From Lepidodermella squamata (lineage: Eukaryota > Animalia > Gastrotricha): a DNA stretch of 64,000 bases. This document shows, piece after piece, positions 37,173 to 50,465 of the stretch; position 1 is the first letter of the stretch; every line of letters starts with the position of its first letter. The position numbers and the translations under genes are program-made. The notes beneath the pieces were generated by a model. It searched no databases and was not told where the DNA came from. It saw nothing but the letters and a program-made list of their open reading frames with translations. The stretch covers positions 1,364,001 through 1,428,000 of the forward strand of contig JBLDXI010000030.1 of assembly GCA_047495785.1 (NCBI GenBank), in the 5' to 3' direction.

Positions 37173-37535
37173 TTACGATAACATTAAAGCGAAGAGTATT
37201 ACATCGACTATGAATACGGAAATTCCAATAACAAGCGCCACTACGCAATCCAGGCCCCGGATGTAAGTCATATTCGTATCTGGGCAGCGCTGTTGAGCCC
37301 GTGGGAAAGTCGATAGGCCACACGCGACGATCGTGTACAAAGTCAACAAGCCGCCGACTCCGAACTTGGCAGATACCATCACTAAGACATAGACAACTTC
37401 AGAGGTCCAAGGTTTCATAGTGAAAACCATGCCCAAGGTGACTTGAATTCACTAGAACAGCGATGATATTGAAAGCAGACCTGGAAAATCAATTCAGAAT
37501 TAAACTCGATACTCAAATCCAACCTTACCAGTCAG
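37173..37535 (-). pseudogene. Clade B4 remnant: exon 2 plus intron only
   Basis: SAFNIIAVLVNS (+1 frameshift) VTLGM...YIRGLDCVVALVIGISVFIVDVILFALMLS. The intron donor at ~37528 abuts RTE sequence. Confidence 0.8.
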
Positions 37536-38160
37536 GATTGCCTTTCTTCGGTAGCTTGACGATCAGCCCGTGGAGCCAATAATCCGGCATTTCTTCATCG
37601 TTCCAAATTCGTTCGAATAATTCACGGGAAACGAAAGGTTGACATCGGCCTTCAAAAGTTCGGCTACTATTCCATCATTGCCAGCTGTTTTTCCATTTTT
37701 CAGTGCCAGGATCGCTTTGGTTGTCACGTTTAATTGATATCTGATATATAGATCTGCAGCTTTTGGCACAGGAGCGATCCTAATTTCGAGTTCGGGCATG
37801 TTGAGCACTTTTTGAAAGTTTGCTCTAGTTCCGTGGCCAACAATCGGCCGTCTGCATCCCTCACAAATTTCGAGCTATCTTTGGTCGCTCCTCCCGTAAG
37901 TTGTTTTGCGAGTCGAAACGGCTTCGACGACTTTTGCGAGTCGACTTGACGCCAAGTTGCTAGCGTACTTGCGTCATCACGCCTCGCAATTTTCTTGACC
38001 TCCTTACTTTTCGCCTCATACTTCGCTTGGAGAGATTCCCGGTCAGCCTGGTTCGCTTGTTGTAAAGCTCCGCTCTCATCGATTCGGGCCCAGGTCTCGT
38101 TCGACATCCACGGTTTACGTTTTATCGACATGTAACTGATGGTTGTGCCGGCCGTACTGG
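37536..38160 (-). mobile_element. RTE LINE fragment
   Basis: KRKPWMSNETWARID, EVKKIARRD, LKNGKTAGNDGIVAELLK and GLIVKLPKKGN motifs. Confidence 0.85.
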
Positions 38161-38945
38161 TAAAGGTAAAGGTTTGCATTTGTCGCAACTCGAAGGACAA
38201 GTAAAAAGTATTTTGCTTTTGCATCTAAATTCTCGTTGAAAACCCTTTTTTACTTGACACATGTCACATTAAAATAGATTTAAACAAGCCTTTTTTTTAC
38301 AACTTATAGTCGCAGTGAACACTCCACTCCACTCCACTAAAGCCATTCATAATTCCGCGTCGTGACCAAATCAATTCAACATGTCGTTTGCGTTGTTGAA
38401 TAACTCAGATTTAGATTGTTTGGGTCAGTTTGAAGGTGGACGATGGCAAGAAACAAGTAATTTGCTATAACTTTTTCATTCACGTGAAAAAACTATGCTT
38501 TTTACGTGTAACCCGTCTCATTTCAAGTGACGTAAATAAACCTATATCAGAGTTATTTTATGGCGCTAATAATGATGTTTTTTACTCCAAGGCAAAAAAT
38601 GCCGAGAGCTAATTTCATTATTACTATATGAAATATTACAAAACTAATAGCCACGAAAGTAATTTGAATGAACGTAAACTTTTCATTGAAATGATCGTAG
38701 ATAGTTTTTATTGCACGAAGTTTGGAAATCATACAGATTTCATCGTTAGGTGAATTGAGTTTGAAAGTAAACAGAAAAGATAAGTGACCATTTTGATCAT
38801 AGATAATAGTAACTATGAACTATAACAATGATGGTTGAAAGTTGATAAATTTGCCCGATAAAAATATGAAAACATTTAATTTCTCGCAAACAGCTTGGTC
38901 CCAAAATCGATCAGTATTGATAGAAACAAACGTGTTGTCTCTACT

Positions 38946-39715
38946 CAGGGCCGGATTAACATTCGGGTGGCCCCTGGGCACTATTTGGTTGGAGGCCCTA
39001 CCCTTCATATTTTTCCGCTAAAACTAGTTTTTTCATACCTAAAGCCATGATCGAAGTCAATTTCCTCAATTTTCTGATAGAATAGAGATTCATTGAAACA
39101 AAAATTCCTTTTATAATTCAATTTTGCGTTGTATTTTGTTGCTACAAGCCGCCTGATATTGATAAATAGCCGGAGGTAACGTTAATAAGTTATTTCCCTT
39201 TTCCAACAGAATAAGCGCAATTTTGGAATATTTTCACCTTAACACGTGCGAAGCGAGAAATTTTCCAAGAAAATGACCTGAAAATCGTTTTTCTCATTCA
39301 GAAAAATCCTTGCTTTTCCCGTATCAATCTGACAGAGTCAACTCGGAAAACATTGAGGCAAGAGGATTCAACTCTAATTCATTTTTCATTCAACCCCCAA
39401 ATTATTTTACGCTTGTTCAAAATAAATTGAATAGGGAATAGGGGTGGTACCAAGTTATAAACTAAGGAAATACATGAACTGTAGAAGTTGAGGAACTAGC
39501 GAGCGCAGCAAGCAAACTTTTAGCAATATCAAAAAATACGCCCATTCGGATTATTGGAAAGGTTCTCCATTGCAAAGCTTAACGACCTAATGGAAGCCTA
39601 TACAACTTTCGGAAATTTTCAGTAAAAGGGAACATTTCACCATTTTCTGGCGGCCCCTTTTCACTGGCGGCCCCTGGGCACGTGCCCTCTGTGCCTATGC
39701 GTTAATCCGGCCCTG
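38946..39715. mobile_element. Non-autonomous hAT element
   Basis: 15-bp TIR CAGGGCCGGATTAAC; 8-bp TSD TCTCTACT at 38938..38945 and 39716..39723. Confidence 0.92.
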
Positions 39716-40789
39716 TCTCTACTCTCCGAAGTATTCGCGAAAACGGTGATCGAGAAGCTTCGGCAAATGCTATGGCCTCGCTGGATATTTCATCAAGCGA
39801 ATTCGTTGTTGGAACCGCCGCTCTTTCTGTGACTATTGAGTTGGCGAAAAAACTGCAATCCGTGCAAATGGATCTAATTGGTTGCCTACAGGAAGTTTAT
39901 ATAGGTTACCCAAATTACGCAACGATCAACAGTTCAACGATGTTCAACGACCTTGCTCGAGTTAGATATCACTAAACCACGCGGAGCTGATTATTTCGAC
40001 TCATTTCAGTGATGAAAGAGCGATTTGTTGCTTTTGCTGAATGAAAAAACACGCCTCTGCTGGAAGCAGCTCTGTTGGGGTGAGGGACGAGCCTTTCAGT
40101 GATGCCTTCAGACCGTGTTACACTAGCTCGTATAAAGCAAGTTTCTCATATGTTCGAGCCCGAGGGCCGTTTCGATGGGACGTCGGCCGGCCATTTGGAC
40201 GAAAATGTGGCGGTTGAGAAGTGAGTTGTAACCCGGTTTGGAATTCGCCAGGAGGTAGGATCGAAACAGACTAGCCCTGCGCGACATGTCAAAAGGTAAG
40301 GCCATATGTACAATTAACAATAATTTGTTATACTTACGTCACATTCGAGGAATCCGGGTGGCATACCGGGTTCGATGCAAGTCACAATTGTGTTTCAAGT
40401 AGTAAGTTAAGCTTTGACCCACCTCAGCTCAGCCTTGAGACTAATACACTATGGACTCGACACGCGATTACGCATCAAAAGAAGCGAGGCGAACAGCGCG
40501 CGCGCACTCATTATATCCAACAAATTTACACTAGATTTTGTATTATTTGTGCGCGGAACTCCTCCTCGGCAACACCTGTTATTCTGAAAAAAAAATTCAT
40601 AACAATGAAATTCAGGACTTTATCTAGCGACTGATATAAATTTTGCTTAAAATTATTGCTCCAAAATATTTGATTTCAACTCTTGAAATAACAACATCTG
40701 AGACAAAATTACACTGTTGCAAAGGCTTGTGGCCCTGAAAAGAGCTGGTCATTTCACGCCATTGAGGCGAAAAAACAACTCCTAGCCAC

Positions 40790-43584
40790 CTACTGCTTCT
40801 TGCCACGACCTAGCCCTGAAGGCCTGAAGACGAAGAACTGCCAGTTGCATTGTAAAGCCGCACTCGCAACGGCAACGCGTCGATCGCCTCGTGGTCTCGG
40901 TTGTAGAGGACGGCGCGCGATTGCGACCAAGGTCGGCTGGAAGACACACTTTGAGCAAATTAGCAGCTTTGATTTTTGCAAGCGCTTCCTTCTTCAGCTT
41001 ACGCATGGTGGTATTAAAGCGAATGCCGCCGGTGTGTTTTTCCACACTGACATTAGAGCCACCATGAATGCCAAACTGGCGATTAGCCACTTAGCCGCGT
41101 AAACCAAAATGTCAAAAACTGGTTGGTTTCCCGCCCCCGCATTGGCGAAATTGGCTAAAGAGCTGCTCGAGACCGTCTTGATTAAATCGATTAGCCATCA
41201 CAAACGGAACGTTCAGTTGAAGACATAATCGGGCGACTTTGGGAAAATTGGTCGATGTTAGAATGAACCCCTTGAATTTGGCTTCATTAAAAGCCGTACT
41301 ATAATTTCGCTGGCTGTTTTCGCGATTCCTATCTTGCAATGCTGTTAGTCGATGAACGAACTCAGTCTCCAGCCAAGCGAGACGAGGGTCGTCGCCAGAG
41401 GTGTAAGGCTCAAGGGCTGGATTTCTCCTTCGCCCGTTCGTAGGTAGAACCGTTCAAACAATCAAACCAGTCATTGAAGAGTTGGCAAAATTCGGCTGTG
41501 GCTTTCTCATTTTTGAGGGGAAGCAGCGTTGAGAAAGATGGTGTGGACGTGGTGGCGAGTGACACGAGGAATCATTCGCCACTGCTGCTTTTTGTCCCAA
41601 TCGAAAAGCGCTCGAATAAGGTCCCAGCTGACGCAGCCGCCGTTAGTCATCATAAACCGCTTGTGAAGAACGTTATTTCGAGCACATTTCAATAGATGGG
41701 GAACATCTATTAAAATGTAGATGTCCCACTCGGGGTTGCAAGGGTGCTTGAACCAGTCGCCACCAACGCTGTTGATCCATGACCAATTGGTTCCACCGCC
41801 ACCCATGACAGTGCAAATTACGCGCGAGCAGCCGATCTCGTACAAACGACAGCATGACTCGGGGATAGCTTGGTGCATAAATGCAGCGCCGCATTTTTTG
41901 GTGACTGGGTAGTCGGCGATGTTGACTTGCAAGCCAGTTTGAACATAAGTCGCAATGAAACTGAGCATGTTTTCAGCTCGTTGATTCGGATCGTCCAATG
42001 CCATTCTGACAGTTTGGCCATCTCGGGTTGGGGTGGATTTCACGGCCCTTGAAACACTGACTTAATCGCACGACAGAATGAAGAGGCCTTTTTTGCTGTT
42101 GAAGTCGCCGTTCATTTCTGCTTATTCTTAAAGCAGCTTGTAAGCAACATCGGACTGCCCGCCCCAATACTCAACGGCTAAAAGGCTGTAGATAACGCTC
42201 GGACGGCAAGACGAAGCGTACAAATAGTAGGAAGCCGAGGGACTTCGTAAATGAAGCGCCATCGCGTAGGCAACAAATTTGTCACTGAAATGGTGGTGCT
42301 TAGGATCTTTAACGCGAAGTTCTAGTTGTTCTTCGAAAAATTCTAAATTCTGAATCTTGAATTTCGGCGGTGGATTGCGTCAGTTTTGCCTCCAGCTCCG
42401 CAACGCGAGATACTAAAAACAGAATTTTTGAATTAATTAAAAAATTAAATTAAATTAAGGAAAACTAAGGTTGATTTTTTAAGGAACAAACTAACCTGGA
42501 TAGCCAAAAGAAGACATATGCGACACAAAATCGGCAACAATAGCCAACGTATCGACGGACGATGATGGAGGTGGCGTGGGAAATGGGGTCGAGCAAAATC
42601 GAGGGATGGAATTGACGGTTTCACCGAGCGGAACTGTAAAAAATAAATCGAAATTAATCGAAATAGACCTTTAAAAATTCACCCAACTTGCTATTCAATT
42701 TTTGTTTTAATTTTGAAAGACAGCGTCCGAATTGTTAATCACCACCTTTACTCAAATTATCAACAATCGAAACTCAAATAATTAATGAAACATACCAATC
42801 TATATTATAAATTAATTACATACTCCTGTGTCTATAAGGCAATGTTAATGTAAATACCCGCAACACAGACCACCAATAAATCCGTTTCTCTCTCTAATTT
42901 TAAATATTTGAAAAATAATTTCAAAGACTAGAATATCAGAATATCAGTATATAAGAAATATCATTCAAAATTTTATAAATATATAAATGCAACATAATTT
43001 ATCTAAAAATTATCAGAGCGCAATATTTCAAAATTTACATGCATTTTCTAACCGGCTTCGTTTCGGCTTTGCGAAGAAACCGTAATCTGGAGTTTCAGCT
43101 GTCGATGATATTAGCGAAAACAACAAGCTTTCTCGGTCACTCAGGGCCGCGTTACACAGCTCAAGTAAATCAGGGCGAGAGACGGAAAGCGGCGTAGGTG
43201 TAGGTGTCAGCCTGTATTCAGAGGTGGACTCATCCTCGTGGGCAAGGCGTTTTAAAACCCTGGCCGTGTAACAAGGACGAGGTTCCCTATCAGCATCGGT
43301 CTTTTCTACTCGTGAAGCCTTGACCTTCCCTTTCAGGAGGCATAACGATGCAAGAATCGTGCAAGAAAGTTGGCAACAATGAATGTTACGGCAAATTTAA
43401 ACTCAGCCTTCGGCTCGCTAGTTTTGACAAAGCGCAGCGCTAACATGAAAGCCTAACCGCGGCGGTGGCGGCGTAACTTACGTCCGTACGGTCCGTACGG
43501 TGAGCTCATTCACAGACCAAAGGGGGGACCCTTATGTCGATTTTTCCAGTCCCTACCAGTTCCGCGGGCCTACTTCGCTCTACG
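40790..43584 (-). mobile_element. Degenerate P-element (THAP9-like) transposon
   Basis: DVPHLLKCARNN and FVMANRFNQDGLEQLFSQFRQCGG are P-transposase motifs, with multiple frameshifts. The terminus at ~43490..43584 matches the MITEs at 53577 and 36310. The left boundary is undefined. Confidence 0.85.
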
Positions 43585-43734
43585 GGCGTAACCATGCCTA
43601 TTTCTGATCAAGATTTCATTCATTTATTTGTCTCGAATAGCTGTGAAATCATTAGAACACTTCCTTCTCTACTGAATGATATCAATCACACGTCAATTAC
43701 ATGGTACTTTTGACGTACAATTTTGTGACTAATA

Positions 43735-43821
43735 TGCGTGCAAGCGCGCCGGGTTGCTAGTGCGCGAGGCTGGCAGCGTAACAGGGAGGCGGGTGCGCGC
43801 CTTCGCCTCGCGCCGCCTAGT
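43735..43821 (+). mobile_element. Two tandem Helitron-like 3' ends
   Basis: A GC-rich hairpin followed by CTAG|T at 43757..43760 and again at 43817..43820. Confidence 0.5.
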
Positions 43822-43869
43822 ACATTCATGTAATCAGTGAGTCCGCGTGTCGAGTAAGCAGTGTATCAG

Positions 43870-44540
43870 TCTCAAGAGCTCAGCCCCATCTCACGCAAGT
43901 CGCTTTCAGTCGTTGCCCACCAAGTAGTTCTTGGCCGCCCGACCGCTCGTTTGCCCTGTGGTGTCCACCGAAGGGATGTCGGCCGATATTGGCCGGCATT
44001 TGCAGATATGCTGGAGATCCTCATTTTAGACGATCTTCGGCCAGAAAATGCCTTGAATTCGTCGGAGACGGCGGTTGTGGAATAATTCCAGCTTTTTCAC
44101 GTCAGTCCCTTCCCCAACTCTCGTGAGCACTTCGAACCGTACACCAAGACTGCCTTGACCGTGCACTTGTAAATACGCTTCTTGGTCGCCTTGCTGAGCT
44201 GTTTCGATCGCCAGACCGCCTTCAGCGAGGAGAGAGCGTGCTTTTCTTTCTTGAATCGAGAGACGATATCTGCGTGAGCTTCGTCAAGGCTGATAACACT
44301 GCCAAGGTACGGAAACGTCCTGGATGATGATCGGCCTCTTGTCGCTGGTGGCGATACGCATGGCCTTGCTGGGAATTGAGAGAAGAGTGATGCCTCGCCA
44401 ATTGTCGCTTTGGTATCTTCAAGATCAATCAGCCAAGCTTGGTGCTCGCTCTTCGAGTTAGATCTCTCGAAATAAACACTTAAGCGCGCTGGCAGTGGTA
44501 TCAACAGCAGCCTTGAGCATTTCGACCGTAATTGCGGCCG
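43870..44540 (-). mobile_element. RTE LINE 3' fragment
   Basis: FPYLGSVIS...VWRSKQLSKATKKRIYKCTVKAVLVYGS; similar to 6345..6975. Confidence 0.85.
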
Positions 44541-44542
44541 TA

Positions 44543-44886
44543 ATCTTGAGTCATCGTAGTCATCTCTCTGATCTCTAACCATAGCACCTGGAAGCATCTA
44601 ATATTGATTTTCGAATTCCTCGCACTTGATTTAGTAATGAATGAAATGATCTTGTATAGAGAAGAGCTTTACTCTGTTGGTCTCAAAAGATCTTCTTCCC
44701 CCATCACAGGACACGATGATCTCCCTAGCTTGCCATACAAGCTCGTCAAATGACTTTGGGCGAATATGATCTCGAAAAAAGATCATTTCATTACTAAATC
44801 AAGTGCGAGGAATTCGAAAATCAATATTAGAAGCTTCCAGGTGTTATGGTTAGAGATCCAGAGAGATGACTAAGATGACTCAAGAT
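44543..44886. mobile_element. MITE with ~105-bp inverted arms
   Basis: ATCTTGAGTCATC...GAAATGATCTT is mirrored at ~44779..44886. Confidence 0.8.
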
Positions 44887-46266
44887 CTCCCCTAAGGGGC
44901 TACTCCAGCGCCGGAGGGGCAAAAAAGTCGCATTTTCTGACCTATTACCACTGTCGGCCTGCGGCCTTTGACAGTTGACCGGGAACTCCGTGACTTTGTC
45001 AAGCACGCGGGCGCGTCTGACTTTAAACATGGATAACCTACGTATAACTTTTTCGTGCACACCCATGATGGTTGACTTGGCATGAGGGTCCATATCACGC
45101 ATCTTATCAAGTTACGTAGTAGCCCGGGCTATTATTTGAGATGGGCTTGCAAGTCAATGTATCGTTGCTCAGGGGGCTTCAATTCAGGATGAGCTACAAA
45201 TCAAGAATGTGCAAATATATGAACATTTACGTGTTAGTCACATTTGCTTACTCAGTAAAAATAGAGCGCATACGTAGCGTAAGGGTTTTTACCAAACTTG
45301 AGCGGGTCAGGGGCCAGGGAACGTGCTACCACCGCTAGTCGCAGGCCAAAAGTTGCAATGTCACACAAGCCGAAAAACAGTACGAATTGCATGTGCCTTA
45401 TGTCGTTCAACGGTCGTTCATTCCTTATGACTCTTTAAATTAGCCCAAACAATTTTAGTCGCTCTTCATTTTCTGAACTAGATTTTACGCCATTATTTTT
45501 CTTTGCCCATGACCTCGTTGGAAAACAAATGAGAAACTTTCCTTCAAGTATTCCTACATCGAATTCCTATAAGTGGCTTGACGATACTGATGACCTGGGC
45601 ACCTAACTACCACATTCGGCACTAATTTAAGTACGACTTGAGTACTACTCACTTTTCGACTTTTCCATAGCGACAGTGTCGAAAGGCGAGGGTTCTTATT
45701 TTTCCTTAAAATTTTGATCCAATCTGATAACGACATGTCTAGTGAAGCGCGGTAATACGGTAGGAATGCGATTGCTCAATAATCTTCACCATCAAATTCG
45801 AAATTCGCCTGACAAATTTGAAGTTATGGTGTAGTACCAACTGCGTAAGGTGAAGACCACAGTCAAAGACGCGAGAAAGGAATACGCTTATGTATGCTCA
45901 TTAGACATGTATGCGAGCGAAGCGAGCAGAAAAATTTAGCATTTTAAAGGTATTTTAGGATAGGTCCAATTTTAACGTTAAAAATGCTTGAGATGAGAGA
46001 GTTAGCAAGTTTCCGGACTAAGCTTTACAGGCGCGCAGGCAGGTTTTGGATTTCGGTGTTTACATTGTAAACCCTGTCAACCCCTTAAAAATAACACTGG
46101 CTCTATCTATCATAGTTATTGCGCTACAAGATAGAGGAGGTCAGGCGACGCGGCGACCGGAATTTGCAAAATTTCAAATTTCCCCCCGTAATTGCGTTAC
46201 CATGGGAAATATTTGAAAAAATTCTAAATTGTATTTAATTATATATTTTTAGTAATAATTGGACGA

Positions 46267-47187
46267 TACTTCTTTCCGCAGCAATTTTTTTCTTTTCGCA
46301 GCAAATTTATTCTTTCCGCATCAATTTTTTTTCTCGCAGTATCGCTTTATTTTCGCAGCAAATGAACGGTTTTTCTGCAGCAATTTATTTTTATTAGCTA
46401 AAATGGGAAAAGACCGGGTAATATAAACATTAGTAAACGAAAATGAAAATCTAGGACGGCTTACAACCTTGAAATATCCTCATACCATAATATACCAATC
46501 CGTTCAAAGTCCCCGATTTTAAGACCCAGCATCTAATCTCTAACCCTAACCCTAACCCTAACCCTAACCCTAACCCTAACCAGTTGAATAACCGACTAAA
46601 CTGGTTAGGTATTGAATTAAATGAAATTTCGTACCGCATTAAGATTTGCCCAACGAGAAACATTGTGGGGCTATTTCTTTAAGGTTTTTGGGGCATTTCT
46701 TCACGGGATACATGTACATGTACGGAGACATAGGGGATACATGTACGGGGTGGGGTACATGTAGTTAGATACATTTGACCCTCGAGCATTCGCTGCCTCC
46801 CGTAGGAAGAGCTTACAATTGTTGATGGAGACGGCATAAATAATTCATATATTTTAGTAATTGAATTTGGCAGTTAATCAAGTCGCGATGTTTAAAATGT
46901 GAAAAACAATTTGTTAACGACCTTAGGCCGTCGTTCCACTCGCTCAAGTCGCGTCAAATTTTGGGCGCGTGCTTGCTACAATCACCTGGCGTGATTTTAA
47001 ATATTGAATAGTGAATAGCCTTAATATAGTTTGGTGGCTATATTATTTCAATTAGTTATTCAATTAGCATTTACTGCGGAAAATACGTTGATTTGCTGCG
47101 AAAAGAAAGTGATACTGCGAGAAAAAAAAATGCTGCGGAAAGAACAAATTTGCTGCGAAAAGAAAAAAATTGCTGCGGAAAGAAGTA
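46267..47187. mobile_element. Foldback-like MITE with ~115-bp arms built of ~21-bp subrepeats
   Basis: TACTTCTTTCCGCAGCAATT... is mirrored as ...AATTGCTGCGGAAAGAAGTA, with TA at both ends. Confidence 0.8.
46541..46581 (-). repeat. Interstitial (TTAGGG)n tract, ~7 units
   Basis: TAACCC x6 plus TAACC on the + strand, inside the foldback element. Confidence 0.9.
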
Positions 47188-47299
47188 TAATTTAATTTAT
47201 AATTTAATAAAATTATTGAACTTGCGTGAAGAAAATGAAGGAAAAGGCAGAATTTTTAAACTTTTACCTGCACGGAACTAAGCGGGGTCCGGGATTAAG

Positions 47300-47870
47300 C
47301 CGCGCCATCTGCTCCCGTTCGCTTGTCAGCAGCTTACCATCTTTGTTTTTGATGGGCGCCGAACACCCGCCTCGCTTGTCACCTACAAGAAGCTTGATCA
47401 CTTTATACAGCTTTCGGAGATCAATTTTCGCATTTGCTTCTTCCGCTTCAGCCGCCAGATCGTTCATGAACTGTCGTTTGTCGTGCCTCGTGCTCCTATT
47501 AACTGACATGTTCGTAAGCCGCCTCAGCTTGCTCAAGGATTTGCGGAGTCGAAGTTTAGAGACGTTACTCCTGCAAACGCGCCCTACTCTCGATTAACGC
47601 TCATGTTTTATCGGAGATCCAAGGCTTCCTCGTGTTCTTCCTCCAGCCCAAGAGCCCCTCAGCAGATGTGACGATCGCGAATCCAAAGAGCCACTTCCAG
47701 TCCGTTGATTGCGCAAAATTCAACGAAACGCTCAGCATTATCGTTTCGGGTCACCGGTGAGTATTTACCCAGGCACTGATCGTAGGCGAAGTTGTCCGAT
47801 CCAACCTTACCGTTCAAGTCCCCCACGGCCATAAGATTTCTTGGCACAAGCTCAACTTGCACGTGGTAGG
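47300..47870 (-). mobile_element. RTE LINE fragment, paralogous to 7130..8000
   Basis: RHDKRQFMNDLAAEAEEA and VGDLNGKVGSDN; high nucleotide similarity to the first copy. Confidence 0.85.
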
Positions 47871-48554
47871 TCCTACGACATGCATCGATACAAGGAACAA
47901 TAAATGTTCTAATAACAAACGATTGAAGAAAATTGCAAATAAAAGGAAGCCAGGTTCTTGTTACTGCATCAGGGTAAAATGTAAATTTTTTTATTCTCGT
48001 TACAAATAGAACGGCAATTTACTTATTTTGAAATTAACATAACCGGAAAGGGCGATTTCGTAATTTCGACTTTGACAGTGCACCAACATTTTGATTTGAT
48101 CAATTTTTGATCGCCCTTTTGAGCGAATGTTAATTTGTGATTTTGGCTACCTATAAGACTTAGAAATAGACTACTATCTAAAACCGTTTGGAAACTGTGG
48201 CCAATTCAAAATTGGTAACGGGGATGTGAAATTTCGATTTTTTTTCAATTCAAAATTAAGGTGATTTCACTTCATCAATCGAGCAATTTAAAAGCTACTA
48301 AAGTGTCATATTCTCATTGACCTGTGTGTAAATTTATTCGAATTTCTGATGAAAAATGACTGCTCCATGCGAATGTTATCAAACCGGCCGAAACCGACCT
48401 ATCCGCCTGGACTTATACAGGCGGAGCGCGTAATTTTTGTGCTTAAAAAACTGACGCCAGGAAAAACTTGCATGGCCGAATATGGAATAGCTGAAATGAT
48501 CTGAATACTGAGCCTCTAAAACTTTTTTAAACTGAATTTCTTTGGATATATGAA

Positions 48555-48717
48555 AACAGTTTTGCGACCTCGAGTAATTTTATTCCGACAGCGTGGAGAT
48601 TCAGCAACGTTTCGAGTACCAATCATATTAGCTAATATTAGCCTGATGATGGGTACGTGGTCCCCGAAACGTCGCTGGTCCGAACTGTCGGAATAAAATT
48701 ACTCGAGCAAAACTGTT
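48555..48717. mobile_element. Short MITE or inverted repeat
   Basis: AACAGTTTTGC..CTCGAGTAATTTTATTCCGACAG is mirrored at the right end. Confidence 0.65.
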
Positions 48718-49956
48718 GTCATATATTTAAATTATGTGTTCCGGGTGCTGAAATCAGCTGGGCCGAAAGAGCGATTTCGACCACTTTTCACACAATCTTA
48801 ACGGTGATAGTCATTCATGAACAAACGGGTTTCAAAATCGTGATCTCCGGCCCCTAAAATTCCTAACAATTCTATCAAATATTTTATCTCTCGGATAATT
48901 CATCCATGAAAAGGTTAAATATGCGAACGGGAAATTATGTTATTGTGATTACGCAACACAAAATCAGAGCTGAGAAACCAATTGAAAAATGATTTTGTAA
49001 GTAAGGATTCGTAAGGAAATTCAAAAGTTGTAGAGGTGTTCTGTTGGTAAAAATCAAGGGCGTCCTTAATTAGCAAGTTCAATAAGCGTCGCGAGAAACG
49101 AGAAACCACGCATGAAAGGCAGTGACAGTTGGCAGCAGTTGCCGGTGGTCATCTTGGTTACGATGCAACCAACAACCATAAACCATAAGTATACATTAAG
49201 ATTTAACCTTTGTTAGTTAGAAATAAAGAAACTCTTAAAAACAACGAAACGGCGTATAGCCGCTTCCTCTCATAGTTAAAAAAACGTTGTTTATCTTAAT
49301 ATCCATGCAAAAAAATGTTTACGAGTCATTCGTACGGTGCATAATACCACATGGATCATATGGTTTTTTTCTAGGAAAAATCAAGGGCGTCGTTAATTAA
49401 CAAGTTTAATAAGCGTCAAGGGAAACCAATCATAACACGCACGAAAGGCACTGGCAGCTGGCTGCAGTTGCTGAGTGATCAACTCCGTTACGATGCAACC
49501 AACAACTATCCTGGTAGCACAACTAAGTATACATTATACCATTGTTATTTATAAATGAAGAAGCATTTCTCTAAAAAAACATCAAAACGGCGTATTGCCG
49601 CTTCCTCTCGCAAACGTTCAAAAAAAACGTTGTAGGCGTAAGAGATCCATGCACAACGAAAAACGTTTACAATTTATTTGTACCGTGGCAACACTACCTG
49701 AGACAAGCCCGCGGACGAGTCTTTTTGTTATTGTTCTATTTTGATTTAGTCATTCGTGAATAATTTCCTTTGCTTTTTGTAATCGTTTGAGAATTGTCCT
49801 TCAGTTCATTCAGAAATCACATGATGGGATCAGTTGGGACGTCCTGGTTTCGTGTATCTGCGCCACTACAGTGTATATCTTGCGTTGCATGTAAATTACC
49901 TGAGGGAAGTTATCGAGTTGAGATGACATAAACGGAGTGCAATCATGAGTGCTTAA

Positions 49957-50465
49957 CACTTTAACTGCCAAAATACACTGCGAGATCCGATATTTGGATT
50001 CAAATCCTGAGTCTGTCAAAAGTCCTTTTTTCGGGTCAACCATGCATCGTATTGCGAAATGGCCGACGACAAAGTGTAGGCCATGACCCGGCGGTTCTTT
50101 TGACACCGAATTTGGGGACTCAACGTCTGAGCAGGTCTTTGAAAATGACTGTGAAAAAACGTCGAAATTTTGGATTAGAGCCAAAAAGCAGACCCAAGAA
50201 CTGGACCTAATTATTAGACCCAGATTATATGGCGCAACAATCAAAATTTCACTGTTTTTACAAGTTGATTTCTGTGCGTTCCTTGAAGTCTTAAGTCTTT
50301 GGCCCCAAATTTGGTGTCAAAAGAACCGCCGGGTCATGGCCTACACTTTGTCGTCGGCCATTTTGCCGTACGACGCATCGTTTACCCGAAAAAGAGGACT
50401 TTTGACAGGCCCAGGATTTGGATCCAAATATCGGATCTCGCAGGCTATTTTTGGCAGTTAAAGTG
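49957..50465. mobile_element. piggyBac-like MITE
   Basis: ~155-bp inverted arms starting CACTTTAACTGCC, with TTAA on both sides (49953..49956 and 50466..50469). Confidence 0.88.

Noticed and set aside
46541-46581. True chromosome end
   Set aside because: Only about 7 units, internal to an inverted-repeat element.
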